Of a stretch of DNA of 64,000 nt, positions 14,201-27,809 are shown piece by piece. The DNA comes from Tubulanus polymorphus (Eukaryota; Animalia; Nemertea): assembly GCF_964204645.1 (NCBI RefSeq), contig NW_027437473.1, forward strand, positions 4,001-68,000, given 5' to 3'. The translations under genes and the position numbers were made by a program. The notes below the pieces were generated by a model. It was not told the DNA's origin and ran no database searches. It saw only the letters and a program-made list of their open reading frames with translations. How positions within the stretch are numbered: the stretch's first letter is position 1; the number at the start of each line of letters is the position of its first letter.

Positions 14201-15030
14201 TTTTAGAGCCCATACCTCACCATTATTTAAGTCTGCAAAAATTCTTAAATTGGCAGATATAAACAATTTTCAAATTGGACAATTCATGTATCTATATGTC
14301 AATAACAAGTTACCTGAGATGTTCAATAATTTTTTTAAGACGAATGACGTTGGATACAACACTAGAAACAGCAACAACATCCGCCCTGACTCATTCAAAT
14401 CAAATCTAAAAGGTTTCTCAATAAAAGTCAACGGTCCAAATATTTGGAATATTATGAATGATTCAATTAAAAACTCCCCTTCTAATGAAAGTTTCAAAAA
14501 TCGAACAAAAAACCATTTACTTTCTCATTATTAATCGTTACAGTTTATTCATGAAAATAATAATAATGATAATTATGTATAAGGTGCAATGACCTTCTCA
14601 AATGGTACTTACTTACGCTCATATGATGTATGTATAACCTTGGAATAAACTCCAAGGTATAACTTTATGTATTTATATGTATACATTTTTGTGTGTGTGT
14701 GTGTGTCTATTTGTAAATGTGTGTGAATATATGTGTGTGGTTTTCTTATATGTGGTGGGTGTTTTGGTGTGTGCGTGTGTGCTGCTTGCTTGCGAGTGTG
14801 TGTGCGTGTGTGTGTGTTTGTGTGTATCGTGCGTATTTCATCTCTATTTGTTCCTTTTGGGGTGCCTGATATTACAAGCTCTGCTTTCCTCTGGTTGCCC
14901 TGCTGTTATTTTACATCAGTTTATATATATTTTGTATGAACCAAATTAATCATCTATTGTAATTTTGTCTGGTATCTATTTATTGATGTAAATTATTCAG
15001 GAAATAAATAAATAATAAATAAATAATAAT
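11222..15030 (+). mobile_element. 5'-truncated non-LTR retrotransposon (CR1/L2-group LINE) with an (AAAT/AAT)n tail
   Basis: Intact ORF2, a GT-rich 3' UTR and an aaataaataaataat tail. The empty site in copy II (about 27755-27772, gatcgaat|catcggg) defines the boundaries. Confidence 0.9.
11598..14534 (+). CDS. LINE ORF2: APE-type endonuclease + reverse transcriptase (978 aa)
   Basis: Endonuclease motifs HLNIRS, TETW, GGG, IYRPP, GDFN, TLIDNI, SDHFP. RT motifs NYRPISIL, QFGFR, FLDLSRAFDTV, GVPQGSILGP, FADD. C-terminal YCNIVWG. Confidence 0.95.
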   Translation: MASHAHPEFIVGSSSKYYKDLTQLSKFGLSNFSLFHLNIRSFNKNFENLQLYLHSLCFNFGILAFTETWTKLQHDNKSMYNLPDYESIFISRQDTRGGGIAMFVHNTIKFRILDDFTCVNDTFESLFIEIQLPHNMSKHIVGTIYRPPDASVNNFNTDFLPLLENLTRTGRKCFILGDFNINLFNADSHKPTGDFIFNMLSTGFTNLIDKSTRVTDRSSTLIDNIYSNCYSSFDAISGILIYDISDHFPIFAIMPEIKVNHTSTRTVSYRKMSDHDIARFKRKLIAHDWTHVFNIHDANVAYNSFYDVFYKYYTECFPIINRKFSIYRDKKHGWFSNGLLISLKKKDSLYRRYLSSKLQTDRDIYNRYRNVFNTCIKKAKTLHYNSMLNNARDPKETWKIINDLINRKSSNSKYPDVFEQNGVMYKNNVSIANEFNKCFAQAGPNLANDILPTNKTFFSFLGPPQQNNIFFSPTDSLEIENIVSKFKNSNNTGHDGINQKILKRVIDAISRPLAHILNLSLINGQVPESFKISKILPLFKSGDVSHFSNYRPISILPCISKILEKVVYKRVISFLDKYKILSPCQFGFRKDHSTNMAITVIIDKIINNLDNGKSTIGIFLDLSRAFDTVNHEILLSKLCHYGIRGTPLLWFRNYLSNRFQTVLFKETTSTSYPVFCGVPQGSILGPILFLLYINDLANASSIFNLIMFADDANVFTSHININELTIIVNTELHKLNIWFRANRLSLNLKKTHFMFFSRAKHKHSISIKINNMSISQVSTTKFLGVQVDDQLTWKSHINSICTKLSRFIGIMGRLYGILSKTTLLQLYYSFIYCHLTYCNIVWGNTYPSNLRKLELLQKKAVRIIFKTDFRAHTSPLFKSAKILKLADINNFQIGQFMYLYVNNKLPEMFNNFFKTNDVGYNTRNSNNIRPDSFKSNLKGFSIKVNGPNIWNIMNDSIKNSPSNESFKNRTKNHLLSHY

Positions 15031-15100
15031 CATCGGGTTTTTTTTAACTTGATTGAATAAATTCTCGATTTATTTAATATATCTCTATTTTTACTCTCAG

Positions 15101-17796
15101 TCATTTATTGAGTTTTTTAAGTTCTGATATGATGTAATCTCTCGTATAGCGGTCGGTGCTCCTGCAGCGGATACACAGGTCAGAAAGATGCGGAAGATTA
15201 TTGATTAATTCGACGAATAAATCGATATCGTGCTGTGTATTAATCAGCGCGAGTGAACCGTGAAACTCTAAATAACGAATTGATGAGGCGTGTTTTAGTT
15301 GTTTAAAGATGCGATTGTTCTGTTCCGGTCTAACGAGACAGCTATCAATACGGACTTCTCGCAGCTGATTTACCGCATCTGACGATAGATACCGAACAAG
15401 TGCGTCAACATGAGCTTCTGACCACAACACTATTTCTAATACAGTCAGCCGCGGCAGGTGATCTAGAACGCGGTGTATTTGTAAATTAAATCCGTAAATG
15501 CCAAGACGTTTTAGTTTCGGCATTGAACCGACACTATCACTCATTGCTGCACATTCATCTGTCGTTAGTCCGCGCAGTCCGCGCAGTCCGAGCTGAATTG
15601 TTTCGATGTCTGACGATTTTAACGTGTTGTTTAAATCATTCAATTCCTCCGAACCGATCAAATCATTATCGAATATTACTCCACCAAGACATAAGGTTTT
15701 CAAACTCAGAATGATGTTTATCAGCCCTCTGGTTGTATTTCTATCGAGCTGATATTGACACCACGATCCGAGAGATAGATGTTTTATGGATGGATACGAT
15801 TTGTGAATATTGACTAAAATATAACCTAAACGTTCCGCACTAACACCAGTATTAATAAACAGACTCTCCACTGTATTGTGTGTGTTAGTATCAACACTGA
15901 TCAACCGCGCGTCATATTCAGTGTTAATCGAGTGACCTGTCTTAATCCATTCATTATTGAGTTTCTTGTAACATTCACCAGTGTCGTGGATTCCATCTCG
16001 CCGCACAAACCAGTTTAAACTGTAGCTTTTCTTACACATAGTCAAGTACTGATCGGGTTTTGATAACTCGTATGTGTATAATATCATACCGTGAAGACTA
16101 GTGTTACTCGCTATGGCTGTTTCTAATACGCGGTATTCGTCGGGTTTCAGTTCGTGAATACCCTGTATGTAAACTAGCTCGATCTGACATTGTTTGTGTT
16201 CAAGTATTTTTGCGAGCATGTTTATCCGCGATCTGCCATATACAGATACGAACAACATTTTCTGCATGTAGGGAACTATTTCACTAATGGCGTCGTCCGG
16301 CCAGTCGGCTTCATTCAGGCAGATTAACAACTGATCAGATAAAACAGTTCTTTCGGATCGGAGTTCGATGTAGCGTTCGTATTCGGGGATGAGCACCATC
16401 TCCCTAGTAACCGTAACCAAGGACTGGTACTCATCCGCTATTGTGACTGCTTTTAAATGTTCATCTATTAAAGTCTTGAAAAGTTCACCGAGGCCGCGGT
16501 TAAACTTGTAACGATACAGCAGCCCTGACATGAATCTCGGGTATAATTCACCATATTTCACAAGTTCGTCCGGTAGTTGTTCAAACGCGCATTTATTCCA
16601 GGGTATTTCACCACTGTTGTTGAATTGTACGACCGAGTGTACCGCCGCCAGAAATTCCTGCACAGATTTGTGTATGAACCGCAGCTGGACGGAGCGGTCT
16701 GATTTCCGTCGCGGCGACATCTCTTTGCACGTCAAAGCCGTCCTCTTCGATTCGTCGAGTTCAAGACGACTTTCGCTGAAGCTGTTTTGATGCTCGATGA
16801 GCGTCTCATACGCGACTTGACAAATTTGTTTAAGCGCTTTAGAATTTTCGATATTGCGGAAAAAACATTCCTTCGACAACTCGAGGCCCTCGCGTTTACT
16901 GATCAGAAAACATGTCAAATCGATGTAGATATCGGTGAGTTTTGATGGTATCATAATTTCTTCCTTGTCCATATACAGAAAACAAAACATAAGTAGTATC
17001 AGCGGGTTGTAGTAGATACTGTTAAATAAAGGTGGCGCTGCGTCTTTAAGCCTGTAGAATAGCTGATATGGATCGCGCTCGGGGAATTTTCTCTTCATAA
17101 TATCGATGACTTCTTCCTGTTTGAAGCCGGATATCGATACAACAGTGAATTTGGGATCAGTGACGATCATGCTGCCCCCGGACTCACGTGTTGTTATGAC
17201 GATATGCGCTTTCGGTAATTCATTGGTCACGTGTACGATGTCTATTTTCGCTTTATCGCTTTTTAACTCGTCGAAGCCGTCTAGAAAAAATATCGATTTT
17301 TCTGCATTTTCCCGTAAGAATCTCTCAAAACCAATCAGCAGATTCTCTTCGATTACTCGATTCAAAAGATTTTTGTAAATGTACTTATAAATACACGCGT
17401 TATCAGCGGGCAGTTCATTTAACGGTATATAGAATAACATTGCTTTGCTACAAAACTTTGCTACAAACTCCATTGTTGATGTTGTCCAGGTTAACACTTG
17501 ATTAACTACCTGAGTAGTTTTACCCATACCGGGTTCTCCTACGAGGCACACGGGTTTCACATCACTCTCTTTATAAGTGAAAAGTTTCTCGAAATGATCG
17601 GGTAAAATCAATGACTGCTCCTCACTTCCTTCATTTTTCTTCGGGTTTCGTTTTTGGGCTCGAATTTTCGCGTTTTCTTGGGTGAAGAAGTCGTTTAAAT
17701 TGGTGACTTCATCGCTCCACGAAACCTCTTTGTAATTTTCATCATCGATCATTCGTTGATACGTTTCTTTCAGGTTCTTCTGAACTTGATCAACAT
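15101..17796 (-). CDS. NLR paralog 1, terminal exon: NACHT NTPase + helical domains + LRR-like solenoid
   Basis: Walker A GEPGMGKTT, Walker B IFFLDGFDEL, sensor-1 IVITTR, NPLIL, winged-helix FIHKSVQEFLAA, then LxxLxL-type repeats. The phase-1 acceptor ttttatttttacag|AT lies 44 nt upstream of the ORF-track ATG. Confidence 0.92.
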
Positions 17797-20700
17797 CTGT
17801 AAAAATAAAACCAGTTTGAGATTTTTTTAGAATTTCTATGGCGGCTGATTTTGCCTGAAAATCATAGAATCATAGAAAATGTCATGAGCTTAAATTGTAC
17901 AATTGACCGCAGTTACAAAATATGCCTAGGTACCAAGGAACTAATGAGTTATTCTGCTATTCAACGCCCCCTAGTGACCTTAAACAAAAACCAACGAACC
18001 TGAAACTCACCACAATCATACATCATGTCATGAGCTAAAACTTTGCAATTGATTGCGGTGACAAAATATGCGCCAGAAAGAATCTTTCTGTGGGGTCGGG
18101 TTAGCAACAAGTTCGATCAGAGACATTCAAGGTCCCATCTACACGAGTGGAAAAATCCTTTATTTTCAATCTACACGAGGAAAACATTTCCAAAAGTCAC
18201 CTTTAAAAAAGTCGGCTTTTTCACCTGTTTTAAAAATTATACTTAATCTAAAGATAAACGGCTTCGTTGTTTTTGGTGAACTTCACGTGTTACTAAAACG
18301 AGGGCGATATCATCACAGCTCCGCAGTAAATACTGCAAACTACGCCGCGCATCAACATGCAATTTTCAGCACAGGACAAGATGTTTATTAATCTTTCTCA
18401 TCTTTCTCAGAATTTCAGTTTGAGTCAATCGGATGACAACAATTCATTTCATTTAGTTCTTAACTTTTGAAATGAGGATTGGAAAACTGTATTAGTCACG
18501 TGATACACGATGAACCGGTTTTCTGAACACAAATCTTCGCTGCTTACGCGCATAAGAAGTGCCGGTTTTATGTCCTTGCGCATGTAAACCAAATATACTT
18601 TGTTAATTTAGATTTCATCAAGAAAATGTTTCTAGGCCTCGGATATACAATACAATAAGTAGCGGCACACTTCAATGAGTATGAATTACTTTTTTAGAAA
18701 GGCCGATCAGCCATATCGGCGTGCAAAAGTAAAGGGATATCCCGATATGACATCAGGCGGGAAAATAATTATTATTTTACAGAATTCCTTCGATTTCTTC
18801 TTTCAGAAATAAATTCATTCCTTCTTTCAATAAACCCAGGAAAGTGCAACAAATTTCCCTGAACTAATTACAAAGCTACGTATCTTGTGTCAAATAACAG
18901 AAAAAATGGGAAAATGAAGTCGAATCACTAAAACATCGCGGTCGGCGTTGCTACGCGACCCGACCACAAAAATGAAATCAGTTTGAGATATTTTAAGCCG
19001 GGTGTAAGTCGGTTGCGTCGCGATAAGTCTTTTTACAGTTGCCAGGCGCCATTTTTGGGTACCCACCGGGTCCGCATTGTTGAATTCTTGTCCCAATTTT
19101 TTCCCCAGTTTAATTTTCTTATTTCGTTCATATCTTTGGATTTGATTAAGATAGAAATAAGGTAAAAATATCGATGAACTCAGCTGATAATTAACTTTTC
19201 TATGATATCACTCATTCATAAATTTAAAGCAACAATGCGCGCTGGTGAAGTTATAAACATTCATATCCTCTTCCCGATAATTCAACTTGAATTTTTGCTC
19301 ATCTCATTCAAAAGTTCATAATTCTTACAAATCTTAATCTACATTTTCATTATTCAATTTTGAAGGCAGGGTCTGGACTACCGATCCCCAACCCCGAAGT
19401 CTGTCCTTGTTTTACTAGAACTGCCTATATATCTTTATTTGCCATTTTTTTCAAATGACTAAGTGCCCTTATTTCCATAGTTACTGAAAACTTTGATTTC
19501 AATAAAGCAGGGGCCGGTAAAATTGTGAAATTTCCTGATATAAAGAAACGATCGTACTTGCGATTGTCACGTGGTAACTAAAATTGGAACCAAACCACGC
19601 AAAGATAAAAAGTTTCGAATTCTGGCCTATTAGGGAAAATTGGGTTTCAACACAGCTATTTAGTAATAGTCATTGACTTAGAGCTAAAATAACTGGTCTT
19701 TATGGTCAAAGCAGCTTGAAAACAAATGAAAGAGATTAAATTCTCGATAAGAAATTCTACGAATCCTTCAAAAAAAATTATTTCAAAACGCATCTCACAA
19801 CTATTGTGGGTTCGAATCCCAGTATTACTGGATCAAATCGCGCATCTCCCAGTCACTAGAGCGCGTAGCCGTAGGTCTATTGCGACGATCGCGTCGCAGT
19901 AAGTAGAACATGTGCGACTTGCTGCGACTGGCGTCGTTAAAATTTCTATGCTCGCTGATTTGGTCTCCAAATTTCCGGTCGATTGAGAAAAATTAGCTAA
20001 AAGAAAATATTATTTCCAGCTTGTTCGAAAACAGCTTTTATTTGAGCGCTCACTGAAAAAAACTTATAGGTCCTGATATCAACGAGTTGATCTAAGCAAA
20101 TCAACTTTTAAATCAATTCATTGATCGCGTTTACAAAATATGCAGAGTTACCAATATAAATGGAAAATTGTATTCAACTCAATATTTAATTCTCCTGGTG
20201 GGTTGAACAAAAGACCGAAATTCCATGTCCTATGACAATGCTGATAACGACCAAATATCAAGACTAAGTTAAAATCACTAACCCACTATGTGAAAATGAC
20301 ATTTTCCCCAAAAACACCTCTTTTCATCTGTGTGCAAGAAATTACGTTAAAATTGAATGATGAAAAAAGCCTGTCTGATGTGTCAGGAAATCCCCTTTCC
20401 AAAAAATACCAATCACAAATTTCAATAGAAAATACCAAACAATTAGGAAGCTACAGGTCTCGGAATTTAGACCAAAAATAGGTACAAAAAGGTCTCAGGA
20501 CGGCCATCTTGAGTCCGATCGACCCAATTTTAACTTTTTCTTATGCTGATGTGCGCTGTGGAGATATATACTTATAAAAGATAAAGGATATTGATTAAAG
20601 TCATTCCAATTCCAATATTTGATGAATTTTCATTATAAGTAATTTGTTTATTATTAAGATTGAAATTACGTTATTTTCGTTTTTCAATTCTCAAGTTAAT

Positions 20701-21385
20701 AAAATCATTGTAACCTTTAGAAAGTATTAAATCATCATTTCTTTCTTTAAAAGGAGTTTCAAGAATATTCATTATTTTTTCATCTTAATTACCTTTATAA
20801 TCTAAAACTGTATTGAATATTTGAGGATTTCTGGAGCCATTATGGAAAGTATCTATTAGTTCAGTAATTAAATATGTTTCATTTAATAATATTTGATTAA
20901 TTACAGTAATATTATCAATTTTATTTTGTCTTCCATAAACTAAATATGTTGCTGAGATATAATTTTCAATGTTTAACAATCAAGGAATTCATGCCTGAAA
21001 TGTGGCTATAAAAACTGATCGTATGTTTACTAGATTTTGAGTAGGTGTCAGTCACAAGTTCTTCCAATAGCAATAAATATGTATGAACTGGCTGCCTGTC
21101 AGCCATCTTGATTGTGAACAGGGACAATCCGAAATAACTGGATTCCATCTACGGACGAACGGGAAAAAAGTGAAATCAACAGCCAACTGGGACTAAAGTC
21201 CCAACTGGGCTTACACAATCGTACGCCACCTGGTGGATAGAATGTCTTGATATAATTTTCTATCATTTTAGTTAAAGATTTAGAACGATCTTTAGAGACA
21301 TGGTCAAAGACTTCGGACCCGTCTTATGATTTAGGATCACATTTGGACTCAAGCACGAGTTCTGATGGTAGAAATCTATAATTAC

Positions 21386-21520
21386 CGAGATTCTCAGCAG
21401 GTCTGTCGATAGTTTGTGTATCTCCCTGGTAAACATTCATCGTATTATTGTCACCGATTTGAACCATTTTCGATTGATTTACATTTATTCCTGGATTACT
21501 CTGTGCCATAGTACCACAAA
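21386..21520 (-). CDS. NLR1 cassette exon A1 (135 nt, phase 1-1), canonical RHIM: (V)CGTMAQSNPGINVNQSKMVQIGDNNTMNVYQGDTQTIDRPAENL
   Basis: Borders tgtttgtcag| and ctcg|gtaatt. The core VQIGDNN resembles RIPK3 VQVGDNN, and the exon is in frame with the NACHT exon. Confidence 0.8.
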
Positions 21521-22021
21521 CTGACAAACAGGATTTAGAATTCAGTCATTTTATCTCAATAAGTGCAGCACATTTTTCCTGACCTAATTGTTTTGTCCAG
21601 TATTTACACAATCAGCCTCTACTCATATTCAGACTGAAGTTTTCTTTATTTCCGCTAAAAGTCGTTTTTCCGATAAACTGTTTATATGTTTTTATATTTA
21701 CCCTGGACTGATAAACAAACTGTGTCACCAGATCTGACTGTTTTTATTCCTACTCGAGACTGATAAACAAACTGTGTCACCAGATGTGATAAGAGACCAT
21801 AATTCAAAATACCGATTATATAACCAGACCCTGACAGTATTAGTCAAAGATTTAAAACAATCGAGTTGGTGGGTCCATTTTGGTCCTCAGAATTTTGCCA
21901 AAGACAATGTATTACTTTCGCCTCAAAACTTTATACCGGTTTTATATGCGAGATCACATTTAGACTCAAGTCACATCATTCTGTACTGAACTGAACTCTG
22001 ATGGTTAAAATCTATAATTAC

Positions 22022-22165
22022 CGAGATTCTCAGCAGGTCTGGTGCTGGCTTGTGTAACTGCGGGGATAATTTGAGTCACTGTCGTCGTATTATTGTCACC
22101 CCTTACACTTAAGTTAGAATTGTCTGCATTTATTCCTGGATTACTCTCCGCCATAGTACCGTTTA
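22022..22165 (-). CDS. NLR1 cassette exon A2 (144 nt, phase 1-1), divergent RHIM-like: MAESNPGINADNSNLSVRGDNNTTTVTQIIPAVTQASTRPAENL; ATG at 22154
   Basis: Borders tttttcag| and ctcg|gtaatt, homologous to A1, with an actATGg Kozak-like context. A2+A1+NACHT exon gives 987 aa. Confidence 0.7.
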
Positions 22166-22782
22166 CTGAAAAACAGAATTTAGAATTCAGTCATTTTATC
22201 TCAACAAGTGCAGCACATTTTTCTGACCTAATTGTTTTGTCAAGTTTTTACACAATTAGCCTTTATCAGGGTTCTATGGTGGCTGATAAGGGCCAAATGC
22301 ATTAATTAATAACACGACCTCGATTACAGAAAAACGCAAATCGAAACCTACCTGCTACCGCGCAAAAACGAACTTTTCGTAAAAACGAAAAACCGCGCAA
22401 AAACGAAATATTATAGAGCAAAAACGAATATTTTCGTTTTCAATTTGTCAATCGGTTTGTCTTATTGTTACAAGACACATCTATGCTATATATAGACTCA
22501 CTCAGGTGATTACTAACAAACACAGCCATATATAGTACTCTAACCTTTATTCGCACACACAAAATGTCAAAAATACAAAAAAATAACTTTTTGTTTTTTT
22601 TTTCATAAAAATCAAGACAAATACTGGCTATGATTTTTTTTAAACATACGAATAAATAGCGACTTGAAACTAAATGAATACACCCGCTACGAACATGTGA
22701 CATCTGAATATGAATAGGGTCTATTCACATTCAGACGTCACGAGTTGAAAGTGACAAAATCGAGGAAATGAACAGCAACAAT

Positions 22783-24410
22783 TAGCTATCAGACAGTTCA
22801 CTAGCTGTCAGACAGTTCACTAGCTGTCAGACAGTTCACTAGCTATCAGACAGTTCACTAGCTGTCAGACAGTTCACTAGCTGTCAGACAGTTCACTAGC
22901 TGTCACACAGTTCCCTAGCTGTCAGACAGTTCACTAGCTGTCAGACAGTTCACTAGCTGTCACACAGTTCACTAGCTGTCACACAGTTCACTAGCTATCA
23001 GACAGTTCACTAGCTATCAGACAGTTCACTAGCTGTCAGACAGTTCACTAGCTGTCAGACAGTTCACTAGCTGTCAGACAGTTCACTAGCTATCAGACAG
23101 TTCACTAGCTATCAGACAGTTCACTAGCTGTCAGACAGTTCACTAGCTGTCAGACAGTTCACTAGCTATCAGACAGTTCACTAGCTGTCAGACAGTTCAC
23201 TAGCTGTCAGACAGTTCACTAGCTGTCACACAGTTCCCTAGCTGTCAGACAGTTCACTAGCTGTCAGACAGTTCACTAGCTGTCAGACAGTTCACTAGCT
23301 GTCACACAGTTCACTAGCTATCAGACAGTTCACTAGCTATCAGACAGTTCACTAGCTGTCAGACAGTTCACTAGCTGTCAGACAGTTCACTAGCTGTCAG
23401 ACAGTTCACTAGCTATCAGACAGTTCACTAGCTATCAGACAGTTCACTAGCTGTCAGACAGTTCACTAGCTGTCAGACAGTTCACTAGCTATCAGACAGT
23501 TCACTAGCTATCAGACAGTTCACTAGCTGTCAGACAGTTCACTAGCTGTCAGACAGTTCACTAGCTGTCAGACAGTTCACTAGCTATCAGACAGTTCACT
23601 AGCTATCAGACAGTTCACTAGCTGTCAGACAGTTCACTAGCTGTCAGACAGTTCACTAGCTGTCAGACAGTTCACTAGCTATCAGACAGTTCACTAGCTA
23701 TCACACAGTTTACTAGCTGTCACACAGTTTACTAGCTGTCACACAGTTCACTAGCTGTCAGACAGTTCACTAGCTGTCACACAGTTCACTAGCTATCAGA
23801 CAGTTCACTAGCTGTCAGACAGTTCACTAGCTATCAGACAGTTCACTAGCTATCAGACAGTTCACTAGCTGTCACACAGTTCACTAGCTGTCACACAGTT
23901 CACTAGCTGTCACACAGTTCACTAGCTGTCACACAGTTCCCTAGCTGTCAGACAGTTCACTAGCTGTCAGACAGTTCACTAGCTATCAGACAGTTCACTA
24001 GCTATCAGACAGTTCACTAGCTGTCAGACAGTTCACTAGCTGTCAGACAGTTCACTAGCTGTCACACAGTTCACTAGCTATCAGACAGTTCACTAGCTGT
24101 CACACAGTTCACTAGCTGTCACACAGTTCACTAGCTGTCACACAGTTCACTAGCTGTCACACAGTTCACTAGCTGTCACACAGTTCACTAGCTGTCACAC
24201 AGTTCACTAGCTGTCACACAGTTCACTAGCTATCAGACAGTTCACTAGCTGTCACACAGTTCACTAGCTATCAGACAGTTCACTAGCTGTCACACAGTTC
24301 ACTAGCTATCACACAGTTCACTAGCTGTCACACAGTTCACTAGCTATCACACAGTTCACTAGCTATCACACAGTTCACTAGCTGTCACACAGTTCACTAG
24401 CTATCACACA
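22783..24410. repeat. 19-bp minisatellite, about 85 copies
   Basis: Unit agct(g/a)tca(g/c)acagttcact. Confidence 0.97.
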
Positions 24411-24790
24411 TTGTGAGAGTGTATCTTTATGAAAACACCCCCTCCCCTCCTACCTAAATCACAATCGCGTTCTGTTCACAAAAATGACAAGAATATTTAA
24501 ACAACATACCTCTCAATATGACAAAACTGTAAGATGAATATATACTGTTTCAAAACCGTACACGTCCACAGGACTCACTACTGCTCAATAATAAACCATA
24601 CTAAACAAAAAAACTCCTCTCGATGGCAAAATCATCAACTGGTTGATGATGGCCATAAATTGGTTGAAGTAGAATAAGTCTGAACTGCGCACTTATACCG
24701 ATCGATATAAAACCGCACCCCTGTCACGTGATCTATTTTTGGATATGATCGTCACGTGTCCTGTAAAACCGGTCCTGTAAAATTTACAGT

Positions 24791-26990
<2,200 letters not shown>

Positions 26991-27809
26991 TGAAAACTGT
27001 GACTGACTCCGGACGCGCGGCCTTCCGTTCCGTGTGCAAAACCATACTGAAGCAAATCACCCAAAATATCTGAATGAAAACAGAACATTTACTGTTTGTC
27101 AATGAATCGTGAAAAGGAATTTCATTTAATTTTTTGAAATGACATAAGCCGCAATTACGGGGAGACGATTTGAGACAATTTAGAAATGGAAACTTGTGTA
27201 AGATTAAACCGGGCCGTCCATTTTAGAAACGGAAACTTGGGTAAGATTAGACCGGGCCCAGTCTATAGAAATGGAAACTTGTGGTCCAATCTCCTCACAA
27301 TGAAAAATGCCCAGCTCCAAATAAACACCACACAACAACCTGTATAAACTAGATGAGGCGTCTTTATTTTCAGTAGAATATATTGGGCTTGAGGGGACTG
27401 CCCAAGCCCCAAGCGTACATTATTTTCAGTAGAATATATTGGGCTTGAGGGGACTGCCCAAGCCCTAAGCGTACATTATTTTCAGTAGAATATATTGGGC
27501 TTGAGGGGACTGCCCAAGCCCTAAGCGTACATTATTCTTAGCAGAATATAGGTCGAGACCTTCTCAGTCCCGTACAGTGAATAAACATTGGTTAACAATA
27601 AAATAGACACGAAATACACAATTATATAAACAATTGACTACAGCGAGCAAGATAAAAATAGTGAAACGATTAAAATCAGTAAGAAGAGAACAAAAATTGA
27701 AAAGATACATGAAGTAATAATTAGTCCATATCTCACACTTGACGATATCTTGTGTGAGATCGAATCATCGGGTTTTTCAAATTGATTGAATAAATTCTTG
27801 ATTTATTTA

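Noticed and set aside
12746-17378. Short antisense ORFs overlapping the LINE and NLR coding regions
   Set aside because: Shadow ORFs of real coding sequence on the opposite strand.
21386-22165. CARD/PYD/death-domain exon for the NLRs
   Set aside because: No ORF or exon encoding a helical death fold was recognised upstream of any of the three NACHT exons within the window.
22783-24410. CRISPR-like array (also the 34-, 51- and 56-bp repeats)
   Set aside because: Head-to-tail repeats with no unique spacers, no cas genes, and a eukaryotic context.
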